DNA from: Hypanus sabinus
Lineage: Eukaryota
Reading direction: 5' to 3'
DNA length: 64,000 nt
NCBI RefSeq assembly: GCF_030144855.1
Contig: NC_082712.1
Location: 12,958,001 to 13,022,000 of the forward strand
Below the pieces are notes generated by a model that was given only the letters and a program-made list of their open reading frames with translations, was not told where the DNA came from and made no database searches. Position numbers and translations under genes: made by a program. Positions within the stretch are counted from its first letter, which is position 1. Every line of letters begins with the position of its first letter. Positions 50,042 through 63,539 of this stretch are shown piece after piece.

Positions 50042-50369
50042 ATGGACGTGGGTGAACTTATAGAAAACCCGACTCTGGAGGCGCTGGAGGTGGCCTCCAA
50101 ATCGGACTTGATAAAATTGGCGAAGGAGTTAAACCTCGTAGGGATGAGGTTGTCCATGAAAAAGCGGGAGGTGCGAAGGGCAGTAACTCAGTGTTATATT
50201 GGGAAGAATGTGTTTGTAGCTGAGGTATTGGAAAATATCCCTGAAGAGGCACCCGCTAGTGGGACGGCTCAGTTAGAGTTGGAGAAATTAAAGTTGGAAC
50301 ATGCAATTAAGTTAAAGCAGCTGGAGGCAGCTGAGAGAGTGAAAGAGGGAGAGCAAGAGAGGGAAAGGG

Positions 50370-50445
<76 letters not shown>

Positions 50446-51413
50446 ACGAAATGAGGTTAATACAGCTGGAAGCAGGTGAAAAAGAGAAACAGAAGAAACA
50501 TGACTTGGAGATGGAGAAGTTACAGCAGGAGCCACGAGTTCCGGGGTCAGACCGAGAGGAGCGGTTCAATGTTAGTCAAGAGTCGAGGCTAGTACCTCCG
50601 TTCGAGGAGATGGATGTGGATAGTTATTTCTTGCTTTTTGAAAAGGTGGCCGTGAATCAGAAGTGGCCCAGAGGTCAGTGGGTGGCGTTGTTACAAAGTG
50701 TGTTAAAGGGGAAGGCACAGCGGGCAGATACGGCGTTGGCCATGGAGGAGGAGAGTAATGACAAAGTAAAGGCGGCCATTCTCCGGAGTTATGAGCTAGT
50801 AGCTGAGGCGTTTAGACAAAAGTTTAGAAATTTAAGGAAAGGGTGGAATCAGTCGTATACCGAGTTTGCCTATGAGAAGGATGTGCTCTTGGACCGGTGG
50901 TGCACCGCTGAGAGAGTGGAAGAGGATTATGGGCGTCTCAGGGAGTTAATTCTGATTGAGGAATTTAAAGGTTGTGTTTCGGAGGATATCCGGACGTATT
51001 TGAATGAGAAGCCGAATAAGTCCATCTCAGAATTCGCTAGGTTCACAGATGAATATGCCCTAACCCACAAGACAAAGTTTTCCTCGACTAAAAGTTACCC
51101 GAGAGCCCGTGGGAACGGTAGGGAAAGCCCGCCGGCTAAGGGAGAAACTCATCTGGGAGCTAGCGGTAAAATTGAGGAGGACAGGCCAGAAGCCAGGAGG
51201 TTTCCTGGCTTGACCTGTTTTAATTGTGGAAAGGTGGGTCACATTGCATCTAGATGCCCCGCTCCGAGGAAGGAGCCAAGAAAAGGGAAAGCAGCCATAC
51301 CTATAGGCTGTATTGCGTCGATCAGCAAATCGACGAGAGGGCCCCCGGTAGAGGGGGTACAGGAGGGGCGTGAGACGTTTAGTTCAAAAGGAACAGTGTC
51401 TGTGAAAGAGTGA
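50042..51413 (+). pseudogene. Gmr1-type gag (coiled coil, SCAN-like capsid region, CCHC knuckle), frameshifted at a (GA)n tract
   Basis: VPPFEEMDVDSYFLLFEKVA...W.....LQSVLKGKA; CFNCGKVGHIASRC. Confidence 0.88.
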
Positions 51414-54400
51414 GGCACCCCAGTTCCAGTACGGATCTGGAGAGACACGGGGGCTGAGCTGTCATTGATTAGCAGTAAGGTGCTAGATTTTGGTCCTCAG
51501 GCGGGAGAGGTAGCCCTGAGAGGCATAGGAAAATGGAGCGACGTGGTGCCATTGCATAGGGTCATTCTGAATTGTGAGCTGGTGTCTGGGCCAGTGGAAT
51601 TGGGGGTACTGCCGGAGTTGCCGGGGGAAGGCGTGGACGTCCTTCTTGGTAACGACTTGGCGGGTGGAAAGGTGGGTGCAGCCTTGAAGCTGACAAACAA
51701 GCCTGTGAGGGTTGAGGCCCCGCCCCCAGATTCCAAGATCTATCCCGCATGCGCGGTCACTCGCAGCATGGCGAAAAAGGCAGCCGAGACAGAGAGCAGT
51801 TTAAGTCCGGCCAGTGTCGATTTGGCCGAGACGTTTTTGCCGACTCTGTACCAACGAGGGTCAGAGGAAGGCAAACCGGAGAGTAGGGAGGAAAGAGAGA
51901 GAAAAAACGGGGGGAGGTAGACCTACCCTTGGCAAGAAGAGAGTTTGTACGGGAACAGGAAGGTGACGAGGAGCTGGTAGCATTGAGAGAGTCAGTTCTT
52001 TCTGAGATTGAGACAGAGCCCAAGGGTTACTACCTGAAAGAGGGTGTGTTGATGAGAAAATGGAGGCCCCCAGCGGTGCCGGTCGATGAGGACTGGGCGG
52101 TGGTACATCAGGTAGTAGTCCCGAAAGTGTATCGGGACGAAATTTTGAACTTAGCTCATAAGGGACCCTTGGGTGGGCTTTTGGGAATAACGAAGACAGT
52201 GGATCGGGTTATCAGAGAGTTCTATTGGCCAAATCTGAGAAAATATATTACTAAGTATTGTAAAAGGTGTCATACATGTCAGGTGGTGGGTAAGCCGAAC
52301 CAAGTTATCCCTAAGGCACCCCTCCGACCCATCCCCGCGTGTGAGGAGCCTTTCTCCCGAGTCATTGTGGATTTTGTGGGTCCTTTACCTAAAACTGCGA
52401 GTGGGCGGCAGTATATCATAACCCTGATGTGTGCCGCTACGCGATTTCCAGAGGCTGTGCCTCTGGGTAATATTAGGACTTCCGTGGTGGTGAAGGCTCT
52501 CATTAAATTCTTTACCACTGTGGGGCTGCCTAAGGAGATACAGTCGGATCAGGGGAGTACATTCACGTCCAGAGCATTTCGGCAGATGATGACCCAGCTG
52601 GGGGTCAAACAAATTTTAGCCTCTGCATACCATCCGGAATCCCAAGGAGCGTTGGAAAGATTCCACGCTACACTAAAGACCATGATTAAAACTTTTTGTC
52701 AGGAAAACGTTCGGGACTGGGATGATGCTTTACCCCTTCTGTTATTTGCCGTAAGGGATACAGTTCAGGGTTCTCTGGGGTTCAGTCCGTTTGAGCTTGT
52801 TTTCGGTCACCGGCCCAGGGGCCCTCTAACCCTCCTGAGAGAAAAGTGGTCCAGCCCGACCGTTCAAGTCAGTGTGATCGACTATGTTCTGAAATTCCGG
52901 GAAAGGCTGCATAAAGTATGCGCCTTAGCAAGAGAAAACATTAAAGACTCCCAGGAAAAAAAAATGAGAAAGTGGTATAACCAAGGAACGAGAGAGCAAG
53001 AGTTTCACGTGGGCGACAAGGTTTTGGTCCTATTTCCGGTAGTTACCCACCCCCTTCAGGCGAGGTTTCAAGGACCATATACAGTGTATAAGAAAATAGA
53101 CTCGCTGAATTACGTGATTGATACCCCCGATCGGCGAAAGCCGACCCAGTTAGTTCACGTGAACATGATGAAAGGGTACCATGAAACCACCCCCGCGGTG
53201 GTCGGTGCGGTTATGAAAACCAATGAGGTAGAGGGGAGGGGTAAGGACGAACCAGAGCGGTTTGAAAAGGTACGTATAGTACCCACCAGACTGGAGAACT
53301 CGGTTATATTAGAAAGCCTTGCGGATAAAGTTAGCCACTTAAAGCTTGAACAGCGGGAGCAGGTAACACAGCTCATTAACCGGCATAAAGACTTATGTCC
53401 AGACGTCCCAAGAAGGTGTAGTGGGACGAAACATGATGTGATAGTTACCTCGACACCGCCTATAAAACAGGCCCCTTATCGGATGAATTCCGAAAAGAGC
53501 CAGCTAGTAGGAAAGGAGATTGAACATATGCTAGCTGCTGGGATAATCCGCGAATCCTCTTCTGCGTGGCCTTCTCCTTGCGTGGTTGTCCCAAATCCGG
53601 ACGGTACCATAAGATTCTGTACCGATTACCGAAAGGTAAAAGCTGTCACCCAGACAGACGCTTACCCTATCCCCAGGGTGGATGATTGCATTGATAAACT
53701 GGGGAAGGCGAGGTACATCACTAAAATTGACTTGTTAAAGGGGTACTCGTGCGTTCCTTTAACGGACAGGACTCGAGAGATTTCAGCCTTTGTCACCCCA
53801 TCCGGGTTGTACGAGTACAACATTATGCCGTTTGGGATGAAAAATGCACCAGGGACATTTCAGCGGATGATAGACACTGTGATAAAGGGGCTAAGCCACA
53901 CCAAGGCTTATCTTGACGATGTGGTAGTTTGGAGTGACACCTGGGGGGGGGGGCACCTGGAGGCGGTAGAAAATCTGTTTAAAAGAATGTCGGCAGCCCA
54001 ACTTACGGTAAACCTCGCAAAGAGTGAATTTGGTCATGCCATGATCACATACTTGGGGTATGTGGTGGGAGAGGGGCAGTTGGCTCCTGTGCGGGCGAAG
54101 GTACAGGCTATTTCTGAGGTCCCTGTACCCTCCAATAAAAGGGCCCTGAGGAGGTTTTTGGGCTTGGTGGATACTATCGGAAATTCTATAAAACTTTCGC
54201 GGATATTGCTCTCCCACTTACAAAACTCCTACGGAAGGAGGACAAATTTGAGTGGGGCCGTTCTTATGAGAATGCTTTTGAAAAGTTAAAAGCCATATTG
54301 TGCCATTAACCCTTTTTTTAAAAGCACCCGATTTGTTAGCACCCTTCTCCCTGGCGACGGACGCGAGTGATGAGGCTGCCGGAGCAGTCCTCTTACAGCA

Positions 54401-54716
54401 AGCAGGGGATGGAGTGGAGCACCCGGTAGCATATTTCTCTCGGAAGCTCAATATACACCAGAAGAATTACTCTACCGTGGAAAAAGAATAGTTGGCCCTT
54501 GTTTTGGCGATACAATATTTTGAAGTGTACATTTGTCCAGCGCAAAAACCCGTAGTTGTCTATACCGATCACAACCCATTGGTATTCCTGGCCAATATGA
54601 AAAATAAAAACAGGAGGTTATTGAGTTGGAGTCTGATGCTGCAAGAGTTCGATATTAAGATACAGCATATTAAAGGAAGTAATAATGTGCTCGCGGATTG
54701 TTTATCTAGATGCTGA
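51414..54716 (+). pseudogene. Gmr1-type pol: protease (RDTGA), integrase, RT (YLDD), RNase H; broken by stops and frameshifts
   Basis: ORF 51929..54289 has IN (H..HC2, VDFVGPLP, SDQGSTF, ERFHATLK) then RT (PFGMKNAP, YLDDVVV); TDAS...YSTVEKE...TDHNPL...ADCLSR in 54300..54716. Confidence 0.92.
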
Positions 54717-55899
54717 ATTGAGTGTATAACTGCATTACTCTGTAGAAAAAAAACTTTGGTGTTGTGTTAGATTCTAACACACTGTAAGACTCTGTATTAA
54801 TTCGTTTTTTTCCGATGGTAAAAAATGCACTGAAGAAAGGGGGTGTTACGTCCGTAGCCCCCTCCTTTGTGAGAATCGCAAGATCACTGTTGGGTTGGGT
54901 AAAGGGACCCAGGAAAGGGGAAAAGAGACGTGCAGGCTGGCTCGTTTCCCCGGCGATGTAAAGCTACGGGACATGGTCATTGTCTCTTGGTGACCAATTT
55001 GTGGATTGAGCTACTATACGACGTGAACGCCCTCAGGCATAGTGGGCTGGTTGAGGGAGGGAGTGCACACCCCCAACCTGATTGACATCGGAGACCCCGT
55101 GAGGAAGTATAAAAGAGGGTCTGGGGAACAACCCCTTCAGACGCACCAGAAGAAACGTTAAGCGACCACGTAACAGCAGGAAGTCATCTGAAGGAAGCCA
55201 CGTGCGTTCGATTCCGTGGCTGGAACCACGGAAAACAGCTTTCAGCTAACAACGGGGAAGCCCGCTCCCCTGACTAAACGGATAAAAGGCCTGGAGCAAG
55301 TTTATACCGCATCACTTTTAAACCCAACAACGCTGCAGCTTGAACGAACTGATAGTGACTGTAACCTTTCCACCGGACAATATATTAACCCCTAGACAAC
55401 AATAGAGTTATTACTTATTGGTTATTATTATACCCGCGCTTAGATTTAGTATTGACGATGTATATTATCTGTATGTTTGCATTAATCTTATTTTTGTGCC
55501 CTTTATCAATAAATACTTTTAAAAATAGATTTCAACGGACCTCTCTATCTTTGCTGGTCAGTGATCCAGTTACGGGAATTCGTAACAGACCCCAGCCAGA
55601 CTTGACACTAATTACCACCATCCATAAACCCCTCAGCCCTGAGGACGAGCAAAGAATTCCGTCAGAGCTGCCTTCACTTAACGACGTTTGTTGGTATTCA
55701 GGATTTTGAGTGGCAACACGCGACAGTATTTTTTGCATCTTTGAACAGTGACCGTTCGTGAGATCAGCAGCTTGAAAAGAGGGAATTTCACTCAGGCTCA
55801 CTAACGGTTAGAAAAGACTACAACCGCGCTAGTTTATTTGCAGCTGTGACCAAATAATTAATTAGGAAAAGCAAATTAAAGGAAGTCAGGGGCAAGCAC

Positions 55900-58800
55900 A
55901 GCAGCGATCGTCGGAGTGGACAGAGTCAGAGTGGTGATCCTGAGGCTTTACCTCTTTGAGGCCTCGGTCAGAAAAAGTGAAAAAGAAATGTTTCCTTCAC
56001 CCCTTCTTTACATTGGCTCAGCTGGGGCAGTAGTGATTCCAGGCAGGGCAGTTGAATGGTCCTCTTCTCTAATGTGGGAAGGCAGGGTGTCCTTCAGTAT
56101 AACTGCTAAGTTAAAGGGCAGGACCTCCAAGGTTGTGATCCTAGGATTGGTATTCGTGTCACGGGCTAGTGACACCAGAACTAGATGATTATACAGTTTA
56201 ACCCGTAGGTAAGGAGTTGATGTAGGATTGAAGGCAAAATATTTTTGGATCACTGGGATCTCTTGGAAGGAAAGTGGACTGGTATAGAAGGGAGGGTTAG
56301 CACCTAAACTGGTGTGGAACTAACATCCTAGCCGGAAGGATTGTTAATGGTGCACAGTGGTGTTTAAACTAGAGTTGCAGTAGAATGGAAAATAGTCTGC
56401 CAGAACAATTAGTGGAGAGGTTGTGGAAACAGATGATGAAAAACCTCAAAGTCGGGAATCAAAAAGTTCAGCATGGTGTGACTATGTCCTGAGCGGCGTA
56501 TATTTCAATGCAAGAAGTATCATAATATAGGTGGATGAGTTCAGGCTATGGATCAGATCCTGGAATTATGACATTGTAGCCACGAGAGAAACTTCGTTGC
56601 AGGAGGAGCAGAACTGGCACCCGAATATTCAGGGGTTTTGTTGTTTTTTGTTGTTTTAGATGTAACAGAGCAGGAAGGGTTAAAGGAGGAAGCGTGGAGT
56701 TACTAGTCATAGCAAGTGTCGCGGCAGTGGGACGTCAGGATAGACTGGTGAACTCGTCTGGAGAGGCGCTATGGGTGGAACTGAGAGATAAGAAAGTATG
56801 ACCACGTTAATGGGGCGATATTACAGACCATCTGACAGTCTGTGGGATTTAGATGTAAAGAGATCGCAGACTGTTGCAATAAACATAAGGTTGGTATTGG
56901 AGGTGATTTTGCCTTTCCACTTATTGACTGGGGATCCCATGCGATAAAAGGACTAGATGGGATAAAGTTTGTGTTCAAGTAAGTTACCTTCATCAGTAGG
57001 TGGAAGTCCCAATGAGAGCGTGTGATAGGATCTGCTGTTAGGGAATGAGATAGGGCAGGTGACAGAAGTTTCTGTAGGGGAACACTGCATTTAGCGACCT
57101 TAAAGCCATTAGCTTGTTTCAAAGTATATATGCATAAAGATGGGTCTAGTTTGCGGATTGAGATTCTAAATTAGAGTAAGCCCAATTTTGATTGGATCAG
57201 AAATTATCTGGCAAGTCTGGATTGGGACAGGGTATTTTTTAGGAAATGTGCATGTGGTAAGTGAGAGGTGGAAGGAGGGCTCAAAAGCGAACTTTTGAGA
57301 GCACAAAGCCTGAATGTATCAGTCAGAATAAAAGGTAAAGAGAACACATGTATAGAATCTTGGTTTTGAAGGGATAATGAGACCCGGGTTAAGAGAAAGA
57401 AAGAAGGTGCATAGCAGGTAAAGGCAGGAATGTCACGGTCCGGTCCGAAGTCCACATACCAGTTCACGGTCCGGTCCGCAGACTCCGGACTCCGGGTCCT
57501 CCGGCTATCCTTTGTTTTGGTTGGACTTAACCATCAGCACCTGATGCTCATCTTGGGGATGGGTATTTCAGTGGCCCTGGGATTGAGTGTGGTTGGGGGG
57601 TTGTCTTGTCAAGATTCCCTGGGAGCAAATGGCTGGTGGAATGCTAGAACAGCTACTTGCCAGCTTTAGGCCGCGTTGGAGAACCATGGCTTCTTGGAGT
57701 CTTGCTGTCAGTAGTTGGAGCTGTCATTGTGGTTTGGATTCAGCTGTTTCCCGGGCTAGTTGGGTGGCCGTCAGCCTCTCCGAGCTAGGTGGGGATCCGG
57801 TTGTTTCTGTAGCCAGCCGAGGTTGATGGCCGTAACTGGGACTTGGAGCATCCCTGATGCAGAGATGGAACTGTCTGTCATTCTTCGATGTTTGTCTCTT
57901 CCTGTCTTCACCCTGTGGGGTCAGTCAGGCTGTTCTGCCATTACCCTGTGGGATGATCTGTCTTGTTCTCTCCTCTGTGGGGAAAGTCAGGCCATTCTGC
58001 CGTTGCCCTGCCGGATGACCTGTCCTGTCTTGTCCTCTCCTCTGTGGGTTAAGTCAGGCTGTTCTGCTGTTGCCCTGCAGGGGGAATCAGTCTTGCCTTG
58101 TCCTTGCCTCCGTCGGGTAAGTCCGGCAGTTCTGCCGTTATCTGATGGGTGGACCTGTCCCACCTTGGTGTGGAGTGAAAGTTGAGTCCTGGCTTGTCGA
58201 AGGTCAAGTCCCGGCTCTGTGTCTATGTACTGTCCAATCTCATGATCGTGTCTTGTTAAAGAGGAGTCCCGGCTTGTCGATGGATAAGCCCTGGCTTTAT
58301 GTTGATGTACGGTTCCTAGTCTGCCTTCAAGACCACAGCCTCAAGCTCCAAGATCCCAGGCCTCCTTACGTCTTCACCTGGTTTGTGGTCCAAGCCCAAG
58401 TCAAGACCCAGGTTCTGGGTCCTTGTCCAGTCTCAGGCTTGGAGTCCATGCCCAGGCTCTTTGTTCCCAGTCCCTCGTCCTGGTCCTGCTTCCCTAGCCT
58501 AGTCTGCGCCCTGTCCTGTCCTTTAATTTTGTCCCATCCTGTTCCTAGTACTTCAGTGTCTGTGTCCTGCATTTGGGTCCATTCCCAAAGCCCCCCCGTA
58601 TGACAAGGAAGGAACAATGAGAAGTTTATGGAGTAGAAGTAATGCAAGAGACACATAAGCAAGTAATCAGGGAGGCTAAAAGAAGGCATGACGTTACTCT
58701 AGCAGGAACAGAGAAGCAAAATCCTAGGGGTTTCAGCAATATATTAAAAGCAAAAGGATTACAATGTACAAAATATCCTCTGGAGGGCCAGATTGCTAAT

Positions 58801-60370
58801 CAGTCTGTGGAGCAAAAACAAATGGTGGAGATTTTAATTATTTTTTGCATCGGCATTTACTTGAGATGTGGACACAGATTCTATAGAAGTGCAGCAAAAC
58901 ACATTAACTTCATGGGTCCTGTACAGATTGCAGAGTCGGTGTTTGCTATCCTGAGGCAAATCAGGGTGGATAAATCCCCAGAGCTTTACAAGGTATTCCC
59001 TCGGACCCTAAGGGATGCAAACGCAGAAATTGCCGGAGACCTAGCGGAGATATTTACATCATCATTAGTGTCAGGAAAGGTACCGGACGATTGGAGGATA
59101 GTCTATGTTGTTCCACTGTTTAAAAAAAAGGCTCCAAATATTAACCAGCAGATTGTAGTCCAGTGAGTCTGACATCAGTTGTGGGAAAGCTAAAGGAGGG
59201 TATTCTAGGGGGGCCAGACATGTAAGTATTTTGATAGACATGGACTGATTAAGGTTAGTCAGCAGGGGCTTGTGCATGGTAGGTTATGTCTAATCAATTT
59301 GGTCGAGTTTTTTGAGGAAGCTACCAAAAAATTTGAAGAAGGCAAGGCAGTGGATGTTGTCTACATTGACTTCAGTAAAACCTTTGACAAAGTCCCACAT
59401 GGGAGACTGGTCAAAATGGTAGAGATGATGTCCATCCAAGATGATGTAGTAAATTGGATTTGAGACAGATGCCAGAGAGCTGTAGTAGATGGTTCGCTCT
59501 CTGACTGGAGGTCTGTAGCTAGTGGAGTGCCGCAGTGTTCAGTGCCTGGCCCTTTGTTGTGTCAGTGATCTGGATGGTATTGTGGTTAACTGGATCAGCA
59601 AATTTGTGGATGATACCAAGAACAGGGTTGTAGTGGACAGTGGGGAAAGTTATCAGGGCTTGCAAAAAAAAAGCCTTTGAAAAAAGATTCTGGGAATATT
59701 GGTCCATAATTCATTGAAAGTGTCACAGGTATAAAGGCTGTAAATAAGACTTCTGCTACATTGGCCTTCGTACATAAATGTATTGAGTACACGAGATGGA
59801 ATGTTATGTTGAGGTTGTATAAGTATTTTCTAAAGCCTAATTAGGCATACTGTGTGCAGTTTTGGTCAACTACTTACAAGAGAGACGTAAATGAAGTTGA
59901 AAGAATACAGAGAAAATTTACAAAGGTATCGTCGGGTCTGGAGGACCTGGTTTATAAGGAAACATCGAACAGGTTACTTTATTACTTAGAACGTAGAAGA
60001 TTGAGAGGAGGCTTGATAGAGGTATACAACATTTTGAGGGTATAGACAGGGTTAATGTAAGCAGGCTTTTCCCACTGAGGTTTGGTGGGGCTACAACCAC
60101 AGATCAAGGATTAAGGGTGAAAGGTGAATAGTTTAAGGGGTATATGAGGGGAAACTTCTTCACTCAGAGGGCCGTGAGTGTGTGGAATGAGCTGCCAGTA
60201 CAAGTGGTGCATGCAACCGCGATTTCAATGTTTCAGAGAGAAGTTTAGATGGGTACATGGATGCTGATGGCCCCGGTGCAACTCGAAAGGAATTAACAGT
60301 TAAAATGGTTTCAGTATGCACTAGATGGGCCAAAGGGCCTGTTTCTGTGCTGTACTTCTCTATGACTCCG
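55900..60370 (+). mobile_element. Old, heavily decayed CR1 split by a solo LTR
   Basis: RTSKVVILGL (ORF1); CLINLVEFFEEATKK...DFSKTFDKVPH; RRRLRGGLIEVY; CR1 3' UTR. Confidence 0.85.
57431..58605 (+). mobile_element. Solo LTR (1175 bp) with internal ~55-bp repeats, 5-bp TSD AGGAA
   Basis: TGTCACGG...TATGACA termini; AGGAA at 57426-57430 and 58606-58610; 3' end related to the LTR at 42056. Confidence 0.9.
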
Positions 60371-61329
60371 TAACTCTAATGGAGTAAAGATCCCTTACTA
60401 TAGTTATATGAGGGATTGATTGTCAAGTGTTCATCTGGGGTATAATGTTCCCCCTCGTGTGCATGTGTCCACGCACACACATCTTCTGCTACTGACACAC
60501 AGAGGAATTTAAACTGCGCTCAGAAGGTTGTCACCCTCTCCCTTGCTGGCATGTTAAGTATATTCCTCGATCATACACGGTCACATTTCCTTTTCCAGTT
60601 TCTCCGGACGGAGTTGACAACGTGGGGTTTGCAATTATTTATCTCCAGATTTTAGAACGGGCTTAGTTATACTATTTTTATTGACAAAATTATTCACTGC
60701 GCATAGGTTGTTGTCACGGGCCAAAGAAAAAATTTCCACACACTGGTCATTACAAATCAAAGGGAACTTTACCCAGTGGGGTAATATGCAGAAGATCCGA
60801 AAGTCAGTCAGAATATGGTAGAGCAGAAAGACAATAATTTGTCATGGTTTTACATAAGGGAGTGTTTGAAAACTGGAGTACAGTATATACTATATATATC
60901 TATATATCTCCAGGGGCATTTCAGGAGAATGATTCCTGGAATGAAAGGGTTAATGTATGAGGAGCATCTGACGGCTCTGGGCCTGCCGCTGGAGTTTAGA
61001 AAAATGGGGGTGGGGGGGGAGGGATCCCATTGAAACTTATCGAATGTGGAAAGGCCTGCATAGAATGGATGTGGAGAGTGTTCATATAGCGGGGGAGTCA
61101 AGAACCAAAGGGAACAGCCTCAGAAACCAGGACGTCCCTTAGAATGGAGGAATTTATTTAGCCAGATGGTGGTGGATATGCGGAATACATTGACGTAGAT
61201 GACTGCGAAGGTTTACGGCGAGATGACGGGAGAATGTGGTTGAGAGGGATAACTAACCAGCCATAATGGAATGGGGAGCAGACGCGTTGGGCCGAATGGA
61301 CAGGTTTGCTCCTATATCTTTTAATCTAT

Positions 61330-63470
61330 GATCTGACTCCAGGCTAAACTTCCTGTTTTAATGTTTAATTCCTGTCACTGTGATCTCCACATTCTTAGTA
61401 ATATCCTTTTCTTATTCCTTCACAGACACGTTATCTTCCGTAGCTCCGTCAGGGTAAATCATTATATACATTATATGTATGTCTCGACACCTACAGATTT
61501 CAGTCAGTCTCTCCCCCTTTCCCTGAGTCTGGATTGACTTGTCTCACTTTCTCTTCAGGGACAGACGCTTGTGCCGTGCTGACGTTGTGTATCCCACTCG
61601 GACTGAAAACCCTCGGCTTTTGATTGATGGGCGCCGTTCTCTACTGTGATCTACTCGGATACTGTATGTAATAATGCTGAAGGCTCAGGCCGTGACGTGA
61701 CTCTAATCCGATTCACTGGGACAGTCGGTGGGCGCTGGGACGTGATTCAAACACTTGAGGCGTCCCAGTCTTTAGTTGTCAACAAAAACTCGCTTCCCGA
61801 TCGCTGTTTGTTGGAGCTCCGCAGAAATGCTCATCAGAGTGACTAGTACATCATAAGAGTGACTGCTTCAGAAGTGTTTGTAAGCTGCTTAGCGTTTTGA
61901 GATACCTTTTGGATTGAATGTACCCGCTAAATACCTACTGAATGAGAGACAAATGTGAGGATCTGCAGGAGGGATGGGTTAGGACGCCACAGTAGCGCAG
62001 CGGTTAGCACGATGCGATTACACATTGGGCGTCAGTTCCAAGTTCATTTCTGGCGTCCTTTGTTAGGAACTGTGTACGTTCTTCCTGTGTGCGGGTGGGT
62101 TTCCTCCAGTTGCTACGGTTTTCTCCCACAACCTAAAGACGTCAGCAGGTTAATTGTTAATTTTAAATCATCCTGTGGTTCGTCTGGGATTACATCGGTG
62201 AGGTGCTAGGTGTCACGGCTCGGTGGGCTGGTAGGGACTGCTCAGCCCTGTGTCTGTAAACCATCACATAATAAATAATAGCTTGAGCTTAGAGAAGGCT
62301 GACGTGGGCCGAAGGGCCTGAACTCTGCTGTAATGTTTTATGTTCTAACTACAAATCTAATCTCTGATGTGCACAAAATGTCACCCCGGACCTCCGCGGA
62401 AAAAGCAATACAGGAAAGTCTCGACTCCCGCCATCCCACGTGCACTGGGATCAGGGCAATCAGTCAACCCGGGGTGATTCTGCTCTTCTCATTCTCCACA
62501 AAGCTCGCCCACGAGGCAAATCTCTCAGAGATCTGGCTCCTGACTGAATCTCTGCCATATCTCCCTTCACCGTAATCCAGTTTAAACTGTCGTCATAACC
62601 GTTTCAAACATATTAGCAATCGAAAAGTGATTCAAGTCATGTAACTTTTTCTTATATTACTGAGAATCAGGTTCCTCCTTAATTTACAGCCTTGATCCAT
62701 TACAGAATACGTTGCATTTACGTAGCACCCAGGATTTTTGTACCCACTTCCGTCTGTTGCCGAATAATCCTCGGAAACCCAACACTCAATGTCTATGTCC
62801 TAGAAATTGCATCACAGCCAGAATTACTTCACTCTGCCATTCATACAAAGACGTCCCCCTAGATCAGAGATTACGAGAAATTTCCTTACACCACAGGTGG
62901 CTGAGTCTGTGAAACTTACTGTAATGAAACCCAATTTCCCTCGGGATCAATAAAGTATGTCTGTCTGTCTGGGTATACGTAAGGCGGAGAATCATACGGG
63001 ATGAGGGCAGGAGAGTGTGGTTGATAGGTATAGTAAATTAACCACAGTCGAATGTCAGAGCAGAATAGAATGGCTGAATCTTCTATTTCTGCTCCTTTGT
63101 TTTATGGTCTTAATCTAAGAACCATACTATTCGATCAATACTATCCTATAACCTAAGGCCATTCGGCTTCCGATCAACACCACTACCTCTATTCCTGCGT
63201 TACTGTAAAGCTTCCAATTTGATGTGTACATGGGCTGAAAACCATATCTGTGTCGAACCCTGACACCGACGATAAAATCTACCCTTTGGGAATTCCGTTC
63301 ATGTCTCGATCCTATTCCCTTCCAAAATTATAAGTGAAGAGGGATGCCGGATTTGGTCTCATTGTACAACTGCCGTGGATCACGCTAATTGATCTTATTC
63401 TGTCCACAGAGGTGGACGAGACCGATCCACCAAGGGAGGCTGAGAAGACCAGTTTTCCAAACCGGTTCAG
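61330..63470 (+). repeat. Diverged segmental duplicate of 37925-40130 (TM exon, intron, tail exon)
   Basis: Collinear matches throughout, e.g. AATGTTTAATTCxTGTCACT, GTACCCGCTAAA, AATCCAGTTTAAACTGT, TTCTGTCCACAG...GAGAAGACCxGTTTTCCAACC. Confidence 0.92.
61559..61671 (+). pseudogene. Duplicate TM(K) exon with in-frame TGA (TTA>TGA) at 61621-61623
   Basis: GTDACAVLTLCIPLGLKTLGF*LMGAVLYCDLLGYCM*; same acceptor as 38152; Lys codon 61606-61608. Confidence 0.8.
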
Positions 63471-63539
63471 CAGACCCGGCCTCCTCGCTCCATATGTTTA
63501 CCACCAGCCGGGTGTAGACATTTCTGTTCCTACTTCCAA

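Larger units (their letters stand above)
49164..55587 (+). mobile_element. Near-complete Gmr1-type Gypsy retrotransposon (gag-PR-IN-RT-RH), 4-bp TSD GACC, few lesions
   Basis: LTRs 49164-49925 and 54844-55587 (TGTTACG...CGTAACA); GACC at 49160-49163 and 55588-55591; tRNA-Pro-like PBS TGGGGTTCTCGTCTCGAGAT; PPT AAGAAAGGGGG. Confidence 0.96.

Noticed and set aside
51411-51413. Programmed stop read-through between gag and protease
   Set aside because: TGA is in frame with PR, but this copy has other nonsense and frameshift lesions; it cannot be told from decay without other copies
60593-60670. Acceptor TTCCTTTTCCAG upstream of the duplicate TM exon as a remnant ectodomain exon
   Set aside because: Short frame with no Ig motifs and no counterpart recognised upstream of the first TM exon
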